A stretch of 60,403 bases of DNA, filler included, from Sluysia triapertura (Eukaryota): the NCBI GenBank assembly GCA_046118255.1. It is 4 parts of 4 records of this genome, joined end to end, with 100 filler letters (N's around TTAATTAATTAA, not from the genome) between each part and the next. Parts side by side here need not be neighbours in the genome. Positions count along the whole stretch, not along the records: positions 1 to 20,286 come from JBJNIA010023288.1; positions 20,387 to 31,274 come from JBJNIA010191985.1; 2 more parts are not named here. The stretch is one strand, 5' to 3'. A program made the translations under genes and the position numbers. The notes beneath the pieces were generated by a model. It did no database searches and was not told the origin of the DNA. It saw only the letters and a program-made list of their open reading frames with translations. Below, piece by piece: positions 14,271 through 28,330 of this stretch (positions are counted from its first letter, which is position 1; every line of letters begins with the position of its first letter).

Positions 14271-15575
14271 AGTTCAGAACTATTCTTAGCGACAATTTTA
14301 GCGAGACCTGGATTAATTTAAGAGAAACTATCTTAAAGAAAAATTCATTTATAATAAATCAAATGAGTTTGAGTTTAAAAATGTAATATTGAAAAGTAAA
14401 CATTTACGAACAAATTTGGATTAATAAGACATTGTTCTAATGTTTTGATAACTCCCAAGTCGGTAATGTTTGCATAACCAGATAACGACAATTTTATGGC
14501 TAATTTGAAATTTTTTAAATAAAACAAATTATTACATCATCATAACGTATTATTATTATTATTACTTTCAAAATTAAAAAGGTAAATTAACACGTTCTAT
14601 ACCATATCACTCATGTGTGAATAACAGCACTTTCTTCGAGTGGAAAAATTGTCATCAGTGCCCATATTACCCATTTTTAAAAATACCCAAATCACTGTGA
14701 AAAAAATTAATATTAATTAAACTTTGAATATAGTAAAATATTGTAAAAATAATCATATGTTGATACATTAGGCTTCCAAATGATGGACCTATAGAGAATG
14801 ATTTAATTATTTTGTTATATGGTCATCAATAATAAGCAACGATGACATTGAAGAATCTGAGATTATGCTCGAATAGGAAATTTGATATAGTTTTTCCTCT
14901 CGAAAACAAGTTAAATTAATATTTTCATAACGTAATATTAATGTTTTCTAACTATTAATAAACATGGACTTTTAATTATATACGTTATTATAACTTATAA
15001 TTTATATGAATACACTTTTGTAAAATTGCAGTTTAGAGTACTCACTTCTATCAATAATCATGTAGATTCATCAAATTAGAAGTAATTATATACATTTAGA
15101 AAATTAGGTTTCAATAAAGAAACATTGAAACTGAAATTGAATATAAATGTGAATTCAGATTAGTGCAGTTATCACGCGTAAATGCAGTGCATTACATTTT
15201 CATGATACAAGCGAAAAATGGCATTTAAAATATTTCTAAGTCAATGTGGAAAGATTTGAAAAAATAATTAAAATTGAACTTAGAATTCTTTTAAAATCGT
15301 TTAGCACTGAACAAAGTAATACAGTAGTCAACAAAAAGTTAACAAGATTGTGGCATAATGTAAAGCTTGAATACTAAAACTTAATTTTTTACTTTAATTA
15401 TTTGAAATGTAGTTTTGAGGTGAGTGGAAAATATTAACCATTAAAATATTAAATATTAACGCAAACCATTTGTCTTTGCAGATAAAGGTATAAATCTTCT
15501 TGCAAGACTTTATTTGAAAAAACAAAAAATTTAATTAAATTATACATATTATTGTAAAATAATTTCATAAGCATT

Positions 15576-15672
15576 TCAAAATCTAACATCTTTATCTTTA
15601 GTATTTCGACTGCTTTTGATAGATTCCTTCATAAAATTGTGTGATAAGTGAAGTGGACTTAATCTATTGTTC
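15576..15672 (-). CDS. Downstream exon of the Ser/Pro-rich gene
   Basis: A 39-nt intron (15673-15711, GTAAAT...AACAG) joins in frame to NNRLSPLHLSHNFMKESIKSSRNTKDKD(VRF*). An alternative donor lies at 15587. Confidence 0.55.
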
Positions 15673-15711
15673 CTGTTGTTAATTTTAATTTTAAATAATC
15701 AAAATATTTAC

Positions 15712-16511
15712 TTAACATTAGAATTGAATTTCTGAGAATTACCAGTTTTGCTACGCTTGGAGCGAGAAATTTCTGGTGATATTACTGCAAATATATTTTT
15801 ATCAACATTAGTGGTATCGTAAGTTGATTTCTGCATATTTACCGGCGAAACAATTGGACTTGGAATATTGTGCAAGCTTTTAGACCGAGTCGGTGCACTT
15901 TTATCGTCAGTTTTATTTTTTTCAATATTTAAATTAGATTGATTGTTTTTACGTGTTTTGGTAAAGAAATGTGTTATTTGACTAAGTTTTTTCGATAATT
16001 TAATTTTTTTAACCTTTTTTTCATCAGATTTTGTATTAACTACTTTATCATTATTATGAACAGTAAAAGAATTAGGTGGTATAACATCTGGCTGATTAGA
16101 TGTTGTTGAAAGCTGCGATTGATTATAATCAGACTCCATTTTTATCGCCGAATTTTGATTAAATCCAATCATTTTTGTCGCTGGCGACTCTAAACGCTCC
16201 CTTTCTTGAGCTGATGTTGAACGAGACTTACTGCGGGATTTTTTCGAGCGTTCAGTACATTTATGTCGCTCAACATCAGGAAGTGTTATTATTTTCTGAC
16301 AATCACGTGGATTTGCATTCTTATTTCGTGGTGGAATTGCTGGTGACAACAAATTACAATCTTCTGTTGGACAGGAGCGAGGTCTACTCAAAAAATCTGA
16401 ATTGTCAACTGAAGTTTCTGGCTCGACATGCCGTGATGGCAAAGGTGAATACAAATTATTGTTAAGCTTTCTTTCCTGGCACACACAGTGCGTTGATGTT
16501 TTAAAAGACAT
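15712..16511 (-). CDS. Large exon of a Ser/Pro/Lys-rich, probably disordered signalling or adaptor protein
   Basis: Longest intact ORF in the window (267 aa). Contains a PAIPPR SH3-ligand-like motif and ends at a GT donor. Confidence 0.75.
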
Positions 16512-18709
16512 GGCATAATAGTTTAATGGGAATTTAATAAAATGCTATTATTCATTCAATAATTTCCAAAATGCAAATTATACTGGGGATAATTAATTTA
16601 AAAGGTTTCTGTCATAAAATCACATAATGATCGAGCTATTCTAGTATTAAATCCAATTCATTCAATTTGAATACTATAATCAAATATATTTGTAATTCAA
16701 ATAAATCTAAAATCTAAATAAATAAACGATATTATTTGATTTAAACAAATGCTTGGCATGACATGTTTAAATTTTATAATTTAATTTTGCTTTTTTGAAT
16801 AAATATTAATTTCCTTCAATACAACATGATTATTGATACATTTTCTTTATTTCTATTCTGAAAAAAATGTAATTAATGTAAAATTTTATTTAATTGTTTA
16901 AATTAACAAGTTACGACCTGTTATTAATGTTACTTTTCATAACTATATATACATTGTGTACGGTATTTGGTTTTATTATATATGCCTTATATTTTTATTA
17001 TGAAGTGATTCATAATATGCTTGGAAATACTCTAAGTTAAATAAAAAGTTTGATGACGCTTAATTATTTAAAACTATCATAAAAGTTGAACTTTATTACT
17101 GATTCATCTAATGCTTATTCGTCATTGTAAGTTTACGAATAATTGGCTTATTAATTATGTAAATTATTCGTTTTTTGTGCATTTAATTTTTATTATTAAT
17201 AAAATAATTATAAATTTAAGTGATTATAAACCATAAAAATAATTGTTAGGTTCACTTGACAACCCTATTTGGTGAAAAGTAATAATAAATATTCATAAAT
17301 AAGTAGATATTAAAAAGTAAAATTTAAAATTAATCTAAGTTATTTGCATACTCACAAACACATTTCATCACAAATCAACACTTCACACATAAATAAATTG
17401 CTAAACATTCAAAACATAAACAGTCAATTTATAATTACCATAAATTTATAGTTATAATAATTACTCTCACAATAATAATTATTCTTATAATAATTTTTAC
17501 ATTACCGAAATAATAATAACTATCAACATAAATATAATAAACCGCTACAATAATTCTGTATTGTCATAATTTTCTAATTATTGTTATAATAGCTGTTGTT
17601 TGTTCCGTTCTCTTCCTGTTTGTACGTATGTTTGTTTATTTCTGGAAAATTCCTTTTGTTGTTTCTATGTTGTCTCTATTATTATTGTTTTTATTTATAT
17701 TATATATGTAATGCTTTGTGATTGTAACCGATTTGTACTTTGACACTTTGATCTATACATTGATTGCTGTAATGTAATGAAGAATTGTTATATTAATATT
17801 GTTAATTATTGATTTTTTTACATTAATAATGATTTTTTAATTTCGGATTTTTCAAAAAAACTGTAAGCGATTTTTAAATTTTAAAATTAATTTTAATGAA
17901 ATTGTTTTTTTAAATTTTAATATTAATGAAAATTGTTTTAATTTAATAATTAAAATAATTTGTTTTAGTGTGGCCAAGGTCAGACTAAAACAATTATAAA
18001 TAGCCACAACTTTCATCACACAAATTGAGAGTTCAATTTTTTTACACAATTTTGTCTTCTATTTTGTAGCGAATTGTTAATTTTTAAAACGATTTTATTC
18101 AAGAATCACGTTTCCAGAGACAGTTGAATTTCTCTTATATCACGTTAGTTTAATTATTGTAAGGTCTGATACCTTTGTGTTTTGTTAAATTTTGTTAAAT
18201 TATTTTGAATCTTATGATAGATTCATCGTAAAATATTTGATAAATTCATTTAATGGTTTTTTGATTTTAACATTACGAAGTTAAAATAAGTAAATTATTA
18301 TTGTATCGTATATTATTGATTAATCGTTTTTTCATAATAAATTTTTAAAAGAAATTATTTATTATTTATGTTACAAAATAATAAAATCCGTGACAAAATT
18401 GTTTTCAACAAATTGGAATTTAAATCCAGTTACGAAAAATATTGTTTAGATTCCATTTCAAGGAATCAACGAAAAATCATTTAATTAACATTATTAACTT
18501 TTGAGAAAATAATTTAATTAATATCTTTGATAAAACATTAAAACCTTACCTCCAGATAGTTAAGGATAAAGCATTTCTTTTAGCGCCCTAACCGGTAAGT
18601 ACGTTGGTGAACTCACGTAAAATTAGCTCTTTATTCTATAACTTTACTTTTAAATTTCTCACAATTTAATATTTAAAAGTTAAAATTAAAAGATATAGAT
18701 ATTACATAA

Positions 18710-18960
18710 ATTTTGAGTTTAGCTGAAATAATAAAAGAGTAATAAATTTAATCTTTGCATTATAGTAAAGAGTAAGAATACTATTAAAGAAATTTAGCTT
18801 CTTAATTAGAAAGGAATTTTGATTATAGGATAAACGTTCATTATGAGTATATACTAGATCTATAAGACATTAAAAAGCACATTTAAATAATGCGAAAGTT
18901 CAATAAAGTAATTTAAAAGGCAAAAACATAACGCATAAACTTTAAAGATTTAACAGAAGC
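18710..18960 (-). mobile_element. LINE ORF2 C-terminal fragment (second family)
   Basis: Aligns by eye with 31895-32145 (tttag(c/t)tgaaata, ggataaacgt, tatactagatct, ggcaaaa(a)cataac). The LINE call comes from a weak peptide resemblance. Confidence 0.55.
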
Positions 18961-20154
18961 ATTTTATACTTAAGACAAAAAATTTTTACATATGCACTAA
19001 TATTAACTTTATTCAAAGTCCTATTCAATTCGAAATATTTATCGGTAATGTCGTGAGTCTTATACTCGTCTCAGTTGTTCAAGATGGAAGTGCTTAAAAA
19101 CAATTTATCATATAAATTTTCTTGATTTAAATTTCTAATTGTATTCAGAAATCAATTGAACTTAATTTATAAAAGTATTCGACTATTTCTTTATTTGATA
19201 AAGCTATGCTATGAAACTTTGTTTATCTATAGCATTATTACATTTAGTTTATACTGTTTATATTTAGTATTACATTACGATGATGATGATTATTATTATT
19301 ATTATTTTGTTTCATTGTTTTCTTATTTATCTCAATGTACTTTTAGCGTATAGTCAGCAACATTTTCAATGATGAATCCACATTTGTTAATGGTTAAATT
19401 TTATTTTACGAAACAACATTTTATTAAATTGATAAATACATGTCTTAGATCTTGTTTTAATTATTTTATTTTTAAAAATAGTATAAAAGTTTCTAATAGT
19501 TTCTAAAAGTTGTGAGATGTTTTTATCTAAACTAATTAACGTTTAAGAATTTTTTAACAATGAAGTCAAGACTTTATAAAATTTTTATTTTAAATATTGA
19601 ACAAATAAGATACAATTATCATATTAATGTCAAACCAATGGCTTATTACAAACATAAACCCCTTTAATTCTTTAAACTAATTTTCTAAAATTAGAAAATA
19701 TTCTGAAAAGTTATCCCAATTTTCATTGGTCACTGACTAGAATAAAATACTAGATTCAGTTGGCATGACAAAAGAAAAAGTCAGACAAGAAAAATGAATT
19801 TACAAAGCACAATTCACTGTCAATTTAATCAACTAAATAATTTAAAGACGATCGACTTTTCCTTTTTAGCTGATAAATTATAAATTAGTACGTTTATAAA
19901 TTATTAGTTTTAGGTTTTCCGTTTCATAAAAGGCGACTAAAAATATTTCAATTAATTCTTCAATCCGATTTAATGAGGACAAAAAATTTTCGTAACTTAA
20001 AATTAAAATCTTTAGACTTTGATTTTCAAATTGATAAATTTTTATTACTCTCTTTTGGCCTTTTTGTGAATTTATTTGTACGTTGAGTTTATTAAGCCGC
20101 TAGAACTAAGTATAAAAATTATTACTAATTAATTTTACAAACATTAGCACTTAC

Positions 20155-20166
20155 AGACAGTAGCAC
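20155..20166 (-). CDS. Candidate 12-nt microexon (VLLS)
   Basis: TTTGCAG|GTGCTACTGTCT|GTAAGT on the minus strand, with strong splice sites and a frame-preserving length. Confidence 0.4.
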
Positions 20167-20286
20167 CTGCAAATAAAAGAACTAAATTATTTGTTTGTTT
20201 TTATTTATTAATATATTCAAATTAACAACGGTACATTCGAGGTAGTAATATATTAATAATAAATAACATTCAAATAAGGTTTAAGT

Positions 20287-20386
20287 NNNNNNNNNNNNNN
20301 NNNNNNNNNNNNNNNNNNNNNNNNNNNNNNTTAATTAATTAANNNNNNNNNNNNNNNNNNNNNNNNNNNNNNNNNNNNNNNNNNNN
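20287..20386. other. Assembly gap with artificial TTAATTAATTAA linker
   Basis: 44 N + 12-mer + 44 N. Confidence 0.97.
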
Positions 20387-20545
20387 TTTTTAACAATACA
20401 ATTAATATTTTCTTCCATGTTCATTTTTGAATCCATATAACAACCTATATTTCGTACTTTTTGTTTCGCATCTAGTGTCTTACCACCTACAATTAACTTT
20501 GTTTCATTTATTTTGGTATTGTCGCTATTTTTATTACTGAAGATT
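20387..20545 (-). mobile_element. L2/CR1-type LINE fragment
   Basis: Close reverse complement of 30730-30878. Confidence 0.8.
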
Positions 20546-20585
20546 ATAGCTAGTTAATTATAATTATGAAGCATAATAAACTCAC

Positions 20586-20712
20586 ATCATTATCTTGATT
20601 TGTGTCGAATAACCTCATTAATGTTGTTTTAAACAATTCATCCCAATTATTAACAATATTCTCTCGAATAATACCGATCAATCGTAAAAGACAAGCCTTT
20701 CTTTGCTCATTT
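20586..20712 (-). CDS. CLASP: Exon of CLIP-associating protein, C-terminal TOG-like (CLIP-binding) domain
   Basis: TTCAG|...|GTGAGT exon encoding NEQRKACLLRLIGIIRENIVNNWDELFKTTLMRLFDTNQDND. It aligns to recalled CLASP1 EERKGALLELLKITREDSLGVWEEHFKTILLLLLETLGDKD. Confidence 0.75.
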
Positions 20713-22684
20713 CTGAATAAAAATACATTAAAATTAATAAGGTTTTTTTTAAATATAAAAATTAAAACTAAAGACCAAATAGCGTAATAGAGAAATAAAC
20801 TAAACAGCACCACACGTTAATAATATAATACTTTAATTTTAATAGAATTATACTGTGGAAAAATTATCAAAAGTAAATAAATTAATTATCAATTATTATA
20901 TGAAGAAAAGACCAAATAGAGTTAGGAATATATAGAATAAAGATTGAAAATGTGTACAAATCGAAATAGACTACATAGAGGGAAAACGATTTTAGGAAAA
21001 TATTGTAAGACACAGACCATAAAACAGAAGCATAAAGTGCTATAAAAAGAGAGATAATTTTACCGAACTAATTATCAATTGAGAAATTAAGTGGATAATC
21101 ATAAATTGATTAATTGCTGTGATATGATAATTTACTTGTTACATTTTTGGAAATTATCTTAACTGTGGCGACCTGCTGGATGAAATAAGCATCAATAATA
21201 TCTCAAAAACATTAAATAAATTTTAAATCATATTTTAGTAAGTAATTGAATCAATAAACATTTAAAGTATTTTTTAAATTGGATTTCTTTTATATTTTGT
21301 GTAGGGTATTTGTTTACTTATTGTTTATAATTTGGATTTCATTGTATCGTTATTAATAAATTTTGTTTTAGTTAAAGTTTGTTTTAATTCGAAACTTAGA
21401 AAGAAAATTTAAAATTCAATTAGCACTTCTATTTCTTACATCAGGGACGAGTAGAACTCAGATTTTCAGATAAAGACTGTTTCTATTATTACATAAAGTA
21501 TCAAAAGAGTTTAAAATAAAAAATAAAAATAAAATTTCGAAATTTTTGAAATTAACATGAAATTTAGCCTTATTAAATTTTGTTTAAATAAAAGTAATTT
21601 TTTTAATAATTATCACGAATATGATGAATATGTTCACATGCAATGTATTGTCTGCTTTTTATGTACAAAATTTAAACAAACTAAATTTGAAAAGTAACTC
21701 AGTTTTCTTAAAATATCCAAAAAAACAAAAGTGAAAGAAAATAAAAATGGCATGCGTGGTGGCCAGCCCACAACACACCAATATTGGTTCTTGATCAATA
21801 TGAGTACAGAGGTGATCACCGGCTAACAAGATACGATTAAAGTGCATTTTTAAACCCTATATCTTGTATTTATGTCTTTTGCTACCTTTGTCTTTTAGCA
21901 TATTTATTTCTTATTAAATAATTTTACCTATAATTTTAATAAAAGATATTTTTTACTAAAACATGCATTTATTAATAATCGATACACACACAATGATTCT
22001 TGTTTATCAATAAACAAAACCAAATGTGAAAGATTTTCAATTGAGCATCTCTGATTTATAAAATAAGCCTCACTTTGAGAGCAATTATATAAAGGGATTA
22101 ACTAGTGGAGTTGACCAATAGGGTTGGAAGGAAACAATCTAGAATACCATTAAAGTGGAAATAACAAAACACTATACAACACAACAATAGCATAAATAAA
22201 TACGTTTCACATTAATATCCGATTTAAATATTATGGAAAATGCCTAGAGATTATAGCAGCAATAATAAAAAATGTGACATCAATATTTCAAAGACTTATT
22301 CTGATAATAGATAATTTTAAAAATGTTAAATGCATCTTTTATTTTGTAAATATTACTTTTATTAAACTTATGTCAAAATTAATTAGCGATTCCAACTAAT
22401 GGAATTTCATATATTTTAATTGATTAACAATTTATTTATTTCTACAAGTATAAAATATTGAAAATATATCGAAAATCATTAAAGTTCTTGAAAATATGAT
22501 AATTTTATGAAATCTTAATGATTCGAAAAGTTACTATAGTAATACTATAGAGGATATATAAATAGTAAATAAAAATTATATTTACTATAAAAATTATAAC
22601 ACTTAGTCTCTTACTATTGGTTAATATATTATGTACGAATTGTGTACTAATTTTTGCACCCAATAGAAATAATAGAAATAATGT

Positions 22685-23380
22685 TTAACCCTTTCAGGAC
22701 GGGATACCTAACTGATAATTTTTTAAAGTTGATTCGTCAATCGATAAGAATTTTTCAGAAATATTTATATCAAATTAAAGATAATGACAAGAAATTTCAT
22801 TTGATACCAAAACATGTTGTATTCATTAGAAAGATAACCTGTTTTGCGCGACAAAATGGATAAAATATTAGAAAAACAATCAAATGGTTTTAAAAAACTT
22901 TATTTCTACATTCTGCATCTTTCTCTCTTCAATGCATACTGCCTCTACAAGATACGAAATTCGGTAAATATTTGATTTATGAACTTCAAAAAAGAACTAA
23001 TTAGAAAAGTTTGGCAGGAAAAGAGAAATATTGAGAGGAAGACCGCCTTCTGAAAATCACTTGCCAAAAACTCTCAAAAAGTTTGTATTGTTTGCAGTGG
23101 AAGTGAAAAGTAAAGCAGAAGACTTAGATATATGTGTAATGATTGTCATGATAGTTTATCTTTGCCCCACTGTTTCACTATATATCATACGAAAAAAACT
23201 TTTAGATGAATAAAAATTGCATTTCTGACGCTTTTTGATATCTTGTAAAAAATGATTTTTTGAAAAAGCTGCAATGTCTCTCAAAATTAAATAAGCACGA
23301 TCAATTTAAAATGAAATAATAACAAACCGTTACACTTTATTAATATTATTTGAATCTAATGTACGTCTTAGACGTACATT
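22685..23380 (+). mobile_element. Internally deleted piggyBac element (PGBD4-like C-terminus)
   Basis: TTAA|CCCTTT start. IRKTIKWF/KKLYFYILHLSLFNAYCLYK and the Cys-rich domain CIVC...YMCNDC...HCFTIYH are present. The right end was not found. Confidence 0.85.
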
Positions 23381-24699
23381 ATTATTATCTGATAATAATA
23401 ATTAATCACATCAAATTAACAAATAACGCACAATGTAGACTCTCTAGTCGAACATCTAAGATTAAATTTGATAATTCTTGTCAAGTTCCTAATCTTCTAA
23501 TTAATTGCATTATACATTCCTTTATGTATTTCAATAACCAAATCTCACTTTAAAATAACATTATGTAACATTATACTTCCTCATACAATCAACCTAACTT
23601 TTAATGCAATTTCTACTAATTTATTCGTTTATCATCTTTATTACAATTATTATCATTATTAACCATTACTATAAATTTTATTATTGATTTTATAATTATT
23701 TTTTAATTTTCAATTATTAATTCCATTTATAATTTTCATTATTAATTTAACTCTATTCCGGACCTGACAGATGATTTCATATGTAATTCAAGAAACATGC
23801 GCCGAATAGGTTTTTAATCAAATACCTTACACACCCTAAGACATAATAATAATGTCCGCAAATTATTCAATGTACATCAAATAATATTGTTACACTATGT
23901 TAATTAAAATCTTGGTGAGATTAAGAAAGGGATTGAATAAATAAATCGTTTCGAAAATTTCTATATAGATCTTTTATTAGTTTTTATATAATTTTGTAAA
24001 CAAAAAAATTTAGTTACATTTTATTATTTATTCAACGCGCACTTTCAGATAAAGATCTTTTATTTTATATTTTAGATTAGTTATGAGTTTAAGATACGTA
24101 TATGAAGAAAAATACATAAAACGTTAGAGCCAAGTTTGGTACAAATTGTATATATCCAATTTAATAAAATTGAAGTATAATTTCTAATGTAAAATGTGGA
24201 TCGTACACTATTTGAAATAGTAGCAGAATCAAAATAATAAATCCAAACATTAAAATATTTATAAAAGATATACATATAAAAATATATACAAAAATTGTAC
24301 AATTGTACTACTACACATGGTTTTAAATAATATATTTTAATAAATAAACAATTAAATAACTTAAACTATTAAATCTTTATAACTTAAAATCTTTACAGTT
24401 AAAAACAATTCAAATTTAATCAAAAAATGAAATTTCTTCTTTTAATTCACTATCATAACTTTTTTCCTCAATCTTACTCCTCCCTTAGAAAGAACTTCGA
24501 AATGCAGTTTAAAATTACAGAATAATAAAAATCTTCACAACAACAATTGGGATAATCGAGTGAAGAATTATAACAAGACTTGTCAGTTATTCATTGATAA
24601 TTTTGAGAAGATGATAAACAATTGAATGGTAATGATATAAAGATTTTAATTTTATTACGATCAACATTACTTATTGATAAATTTATAAATGAAGTGATT

Positions 24700-25145
24700 A
24701 TTAATGAAACGTCAATAAAGTGAGACATTTTTTAACCGGCAATGGTTTTAGCACAAACAAAGAAATTTTTAAAAATGAAGCATCAGAAATAATGAACATT
24801 TATTGAAAAAGAATAGCTAAACATGAAAAGCTTCACGATGTGAAAGTTTTGATAAAAAAGTGAAACGTTATATAATTGAGAATAAAAGCATAGAAAATGA
24901 AATAGATACATAAATGGCAAAATTTCGAAGCAATTTTAAGAAAACATAAAAATAATATGACGGATATGCGAAAAAAGAATGAAAACAAAAATATGGAGAT
25001 TGTGTTAGTAAACAAGAAATTAAATTCGAAGAAATTGATAAGAAAGTAAAAAGAATTATACATTCGATAAATCAGAAAACGTATTAAATTCATTTATTCA
25101 TATGGAATCGGAAATTGATGAAGAAGTCGAGCCAAAATGAAGTAA
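24700..25145 (+). pseudogene. Decayed coiled-coil coding fragment
   Basis: One K/E/N-rich frame with scattered stops, ending at a GTAAG donor. Confidence 0.3.
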
Positions 25146-26171
25146 GCAGTTTTAACAATCAATCTATCTTAACAATTCTTGCGAATTCATTTTCCCATAT
25201 CAACTCATTTCCAACGTAATAAATTTTTGTAGAATTTTTATTTTATTTCACAATTTATAAATTGTTACAAATTAATATTTATGTCTTTACATTGAATCAC
25301 AATTTCTTAAATAACAATACTTTTAAGCTTTAGATCAGAGAAAATTTAACTGTGGTGGCTAACCTATAATTTTAACAAATTTTATAAAAGTTTTTGTTAA
25401 CACTACAAAATCAAATTTACTTTCAAAATTTACAATATACATTTTAAAAATTGTAAAAAAACATTTCCTTTTCTTCCACATAGTTCAATACCAACATAAC
25501 CAAAATTATATTCTTTTAACACCACACGATTACCTTTTAGAATGTAATTTACATTCTTCGCATCCATTAAACTACTCTCTTTCAACATATTCGTAATTAA
25601 CAATCTTTTAACATCCAAACAACAATTTCAGCCAAAACATCAATGTATTTATGTCATTTCAAAATACTTAAATCGCATGTTTTCAACATCTAAACTTATC
25701 TCCAGTCAAAACTACTAACAGCATCAAAAAAAGAAATCCATTTAAAACGTTTTACGCATTATCTTATAACATTGGAATCATAATCACACATAAATTTTAT
25801 CGAAAATGCGTAACAAGAATTCGAAACTTTATAATTTCACAATTCCCGTAACTTCTAATATGTCAAGAAATATTTAAAGAAAGTTCGTGTTCCTTTTAAG
25901 TATAAAGAATTTATGTATTTATAACAATAACAATAACAATAATAATAATAGCATTATTATCATTTTTATTCTTTCATTATTTTTATCTCTATCACTTAAA
26001 CAAATAAAATATGTTCAGAAAATTAAAGAAATTTATTCAAAGAAGATCATGTTATAATTAAGATAAATTTTAAAAGATTTATGGGTTTTATAACAATAAT
26101 AATTATGATAACATTATTGTTATTATTATCATTTTTATTTTTCTTATTTTTGATTTTAATTTTGATCACTC

Positions 26172-26245
26172 AATCAGTAATTACCACAATCAATGGTGAT
26201 ACCAGTGGTTACTATGAACGAATTCTCGTCACCATTGATAGTGGC
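26172..26245 (+). pseudogene. Annexin-repeat fragment
   Basis: INGDTSGYYERILVTI matches the annexin repeat-end motif I.GDTSG.Y...L..L. Confidence 0.55.
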
Positions 26246-28196
26246 TTATCTGTCGGATTATATTGATTTTTGTCTTATTAAGATCTGCCAAACAGAGTGA
26301 TTACCTTCATCATTTTTATACCTCTGGTTGGACAGCCAATCAAAAATCGTTTCAATTATGTAGATGTACAAATCAATTAATTTGTTGTTGAAGGCAAAAA
26401 TTTTCCTACGATAATGTCAATAAAAATTTAGTACTAATTAAAAAATTTTAACAAGATTTAAAAGCAACATTTTATGGTTAAAAAATACAATTGTCCAAGT
26501 TTTAAAAATTAATTAAATGGATTTGATGGCTTTTAGTAGTATAGGTATCTCAAGCTGATCACTTCTCCAGACTTGAGAATCTTCTCAAATGTTTTAGATT
26601 ATCAAGTTTAGAAACATCGGACAATATTGTACTCATGGATAATCATAAAGCAAATAATTTTTATCCTGACAAATTATAATTTAATTCTTGTTTTTTATTT
26701 AGATGGCGAAACATGGGATTCAATAAATGGCATATATAGGACTAAATTTGCGAATTTAAAAAATTTTATGAATAAATCTTTATGTATCTTTAACGTCTTA
26801 ATTACTATTTATCATTTTCAAAATTTTCCATATCGTATAAATTTAAAAAATAAAAATTTAATAAGTTTTTGTAAAAGTAACAATCTAATAATATTAATAA
26901 AGTTAATTTTCAATTTGACCAAAATTTAATCAACATTAACAATGAAAATGAAACAAAGAATGTGGATTAATATATATAGAGATGTTACAAGAAAAATATA
27001 CAACAAATATTTAATAATTTCGGAGATCAATTCAAGTAGATGCTAAATAATGCAAATATCCCTATAACCATATTAAAATAACAATATTATGATCTGCACA
27101 TAATCCCGATATTTCAATGATGAAAGCTTTGAATGACAAATTATATAAAAGATCCGACTTAATAGTTTTAATTTAAAATAATTAGTACAAAAGCTATTCA
27201 TTTTGAAGTACAAATAAGATCTCTTTTACTTTAGGTTAAATTTGATTAAAGTAATTTAAAACTAAATTTAGAATATTTTTCTAGTATTCATGAAAATAGT
27301 TTTCTTAAAATTAAGCTTTTACTCGTTTCGAAAAAATCTGTTGTAATTTTCCCAGGATCAAACAAATCCTAAGATTGATTAAATTATTTTAAATAAGGAT
27401 AATATCAGCTTAAGAAATAAAATCACTTATATTAGATGATTTAAATATAAAAGAGAAAATATTCTTTTTAAAAAAGGTATTTGATATTCGAAGTGTACTT
27501 AAAAATTGAAATTAAACCTCAATACTAATTTGACTTTAAATATTTTTATTTATTTACTCTTATTCATAATTATACAGAATATTTAATTATTCTCATATTT
27601 AATTTTTCCGCAATAATAACAAATGTGATTATTATTATTATTATTTTCAAAATTTAGTTGTTAGCTCTAGACCGAAAATCACTGAAAATTTAATTTAATA
27701 TTACTTTTAATCTTGATCGTTTTTTTGTGTGTCGTGTTGTTTGCATTTTAGTGCAGAAAACATTGATTGACATTTAAGTCGAACGGTGTATACAAATTTA
27801 ACTTTAAAAAGGTGACTCAATTTGTTTCACAATTTAATTGTAATTATATTTTAAAATTTGTAATTTATTTGTAATTATTTGAATATCAGTAATGAAAAAT
27901 TCAAATCAATTTTGAGATTTAGATTTATATCATTTCATTATTGTTCAACAATATATCATTTAAATTTAGAGAGTCTGGTTGATTTACCAAGCATCAAATT
28001 AAAGATAATAATACCGATTAAATGAATTTAATTGTCATTTATTTATTAGTTTATTGACTATATTGTTATTAGACTGATTTATGACGAACACATCAATTAT
28101 GATGTCATAATCGTTAGAGAACTTTATTTACATTTTAATTATTAAAATGTTGAATTCGTGGAGGTCACCTGTGACCGGTACTGTGTTTTTTTGTAG

Positions 28197-28330
28197 CGCC
28201 ACAAGGACCACCGGCAACCGGCGAAGACATGTAAAATTAGCGTGGAATTCAACGTCTTTGGTGTTGACACCACGAATGAACTCGTGTTATTTTGAATATA
28301 TTTTAACTTGTGGAACTAGCAAACCATTTA
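28197..28330 (+). pseudogene. Fibronectin type III exon remnant
   Basis: Phase-1 acceptor TTTTGTAG| then APQGPP, followed after a frameshift by HVKLAWNSTSLVLT...EYILTC. Confidence 0.45.

Noticed and set aside
14620-14670. Minus-strand CTGATGA...GAAA hammerhead core
   Set aside because: The intervening sequence cannot form stem II.
17852-19353. Short I/L/F/K/N-rich ORFs here and elsewhere (e.g. 24081, 26627, 29477, 54112, 55033)
   Set aside because: Expected by chance in DNA this AT-rich. No motifs or splice support.
20331-20342. TTAATTAATTAA motif recurring at 20331, 31319 and 44317
   Set aside because: Centred in identical 100-nt N blocks. It is an artificial six-frame stop linker.
21745-21785. 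HDV-like ribozyme P3/L3 (CCACG loop)
   Set aside because: No P1', P4 or J4/2 downstream, and the pairing is not kept in the 7.0-kb copy.
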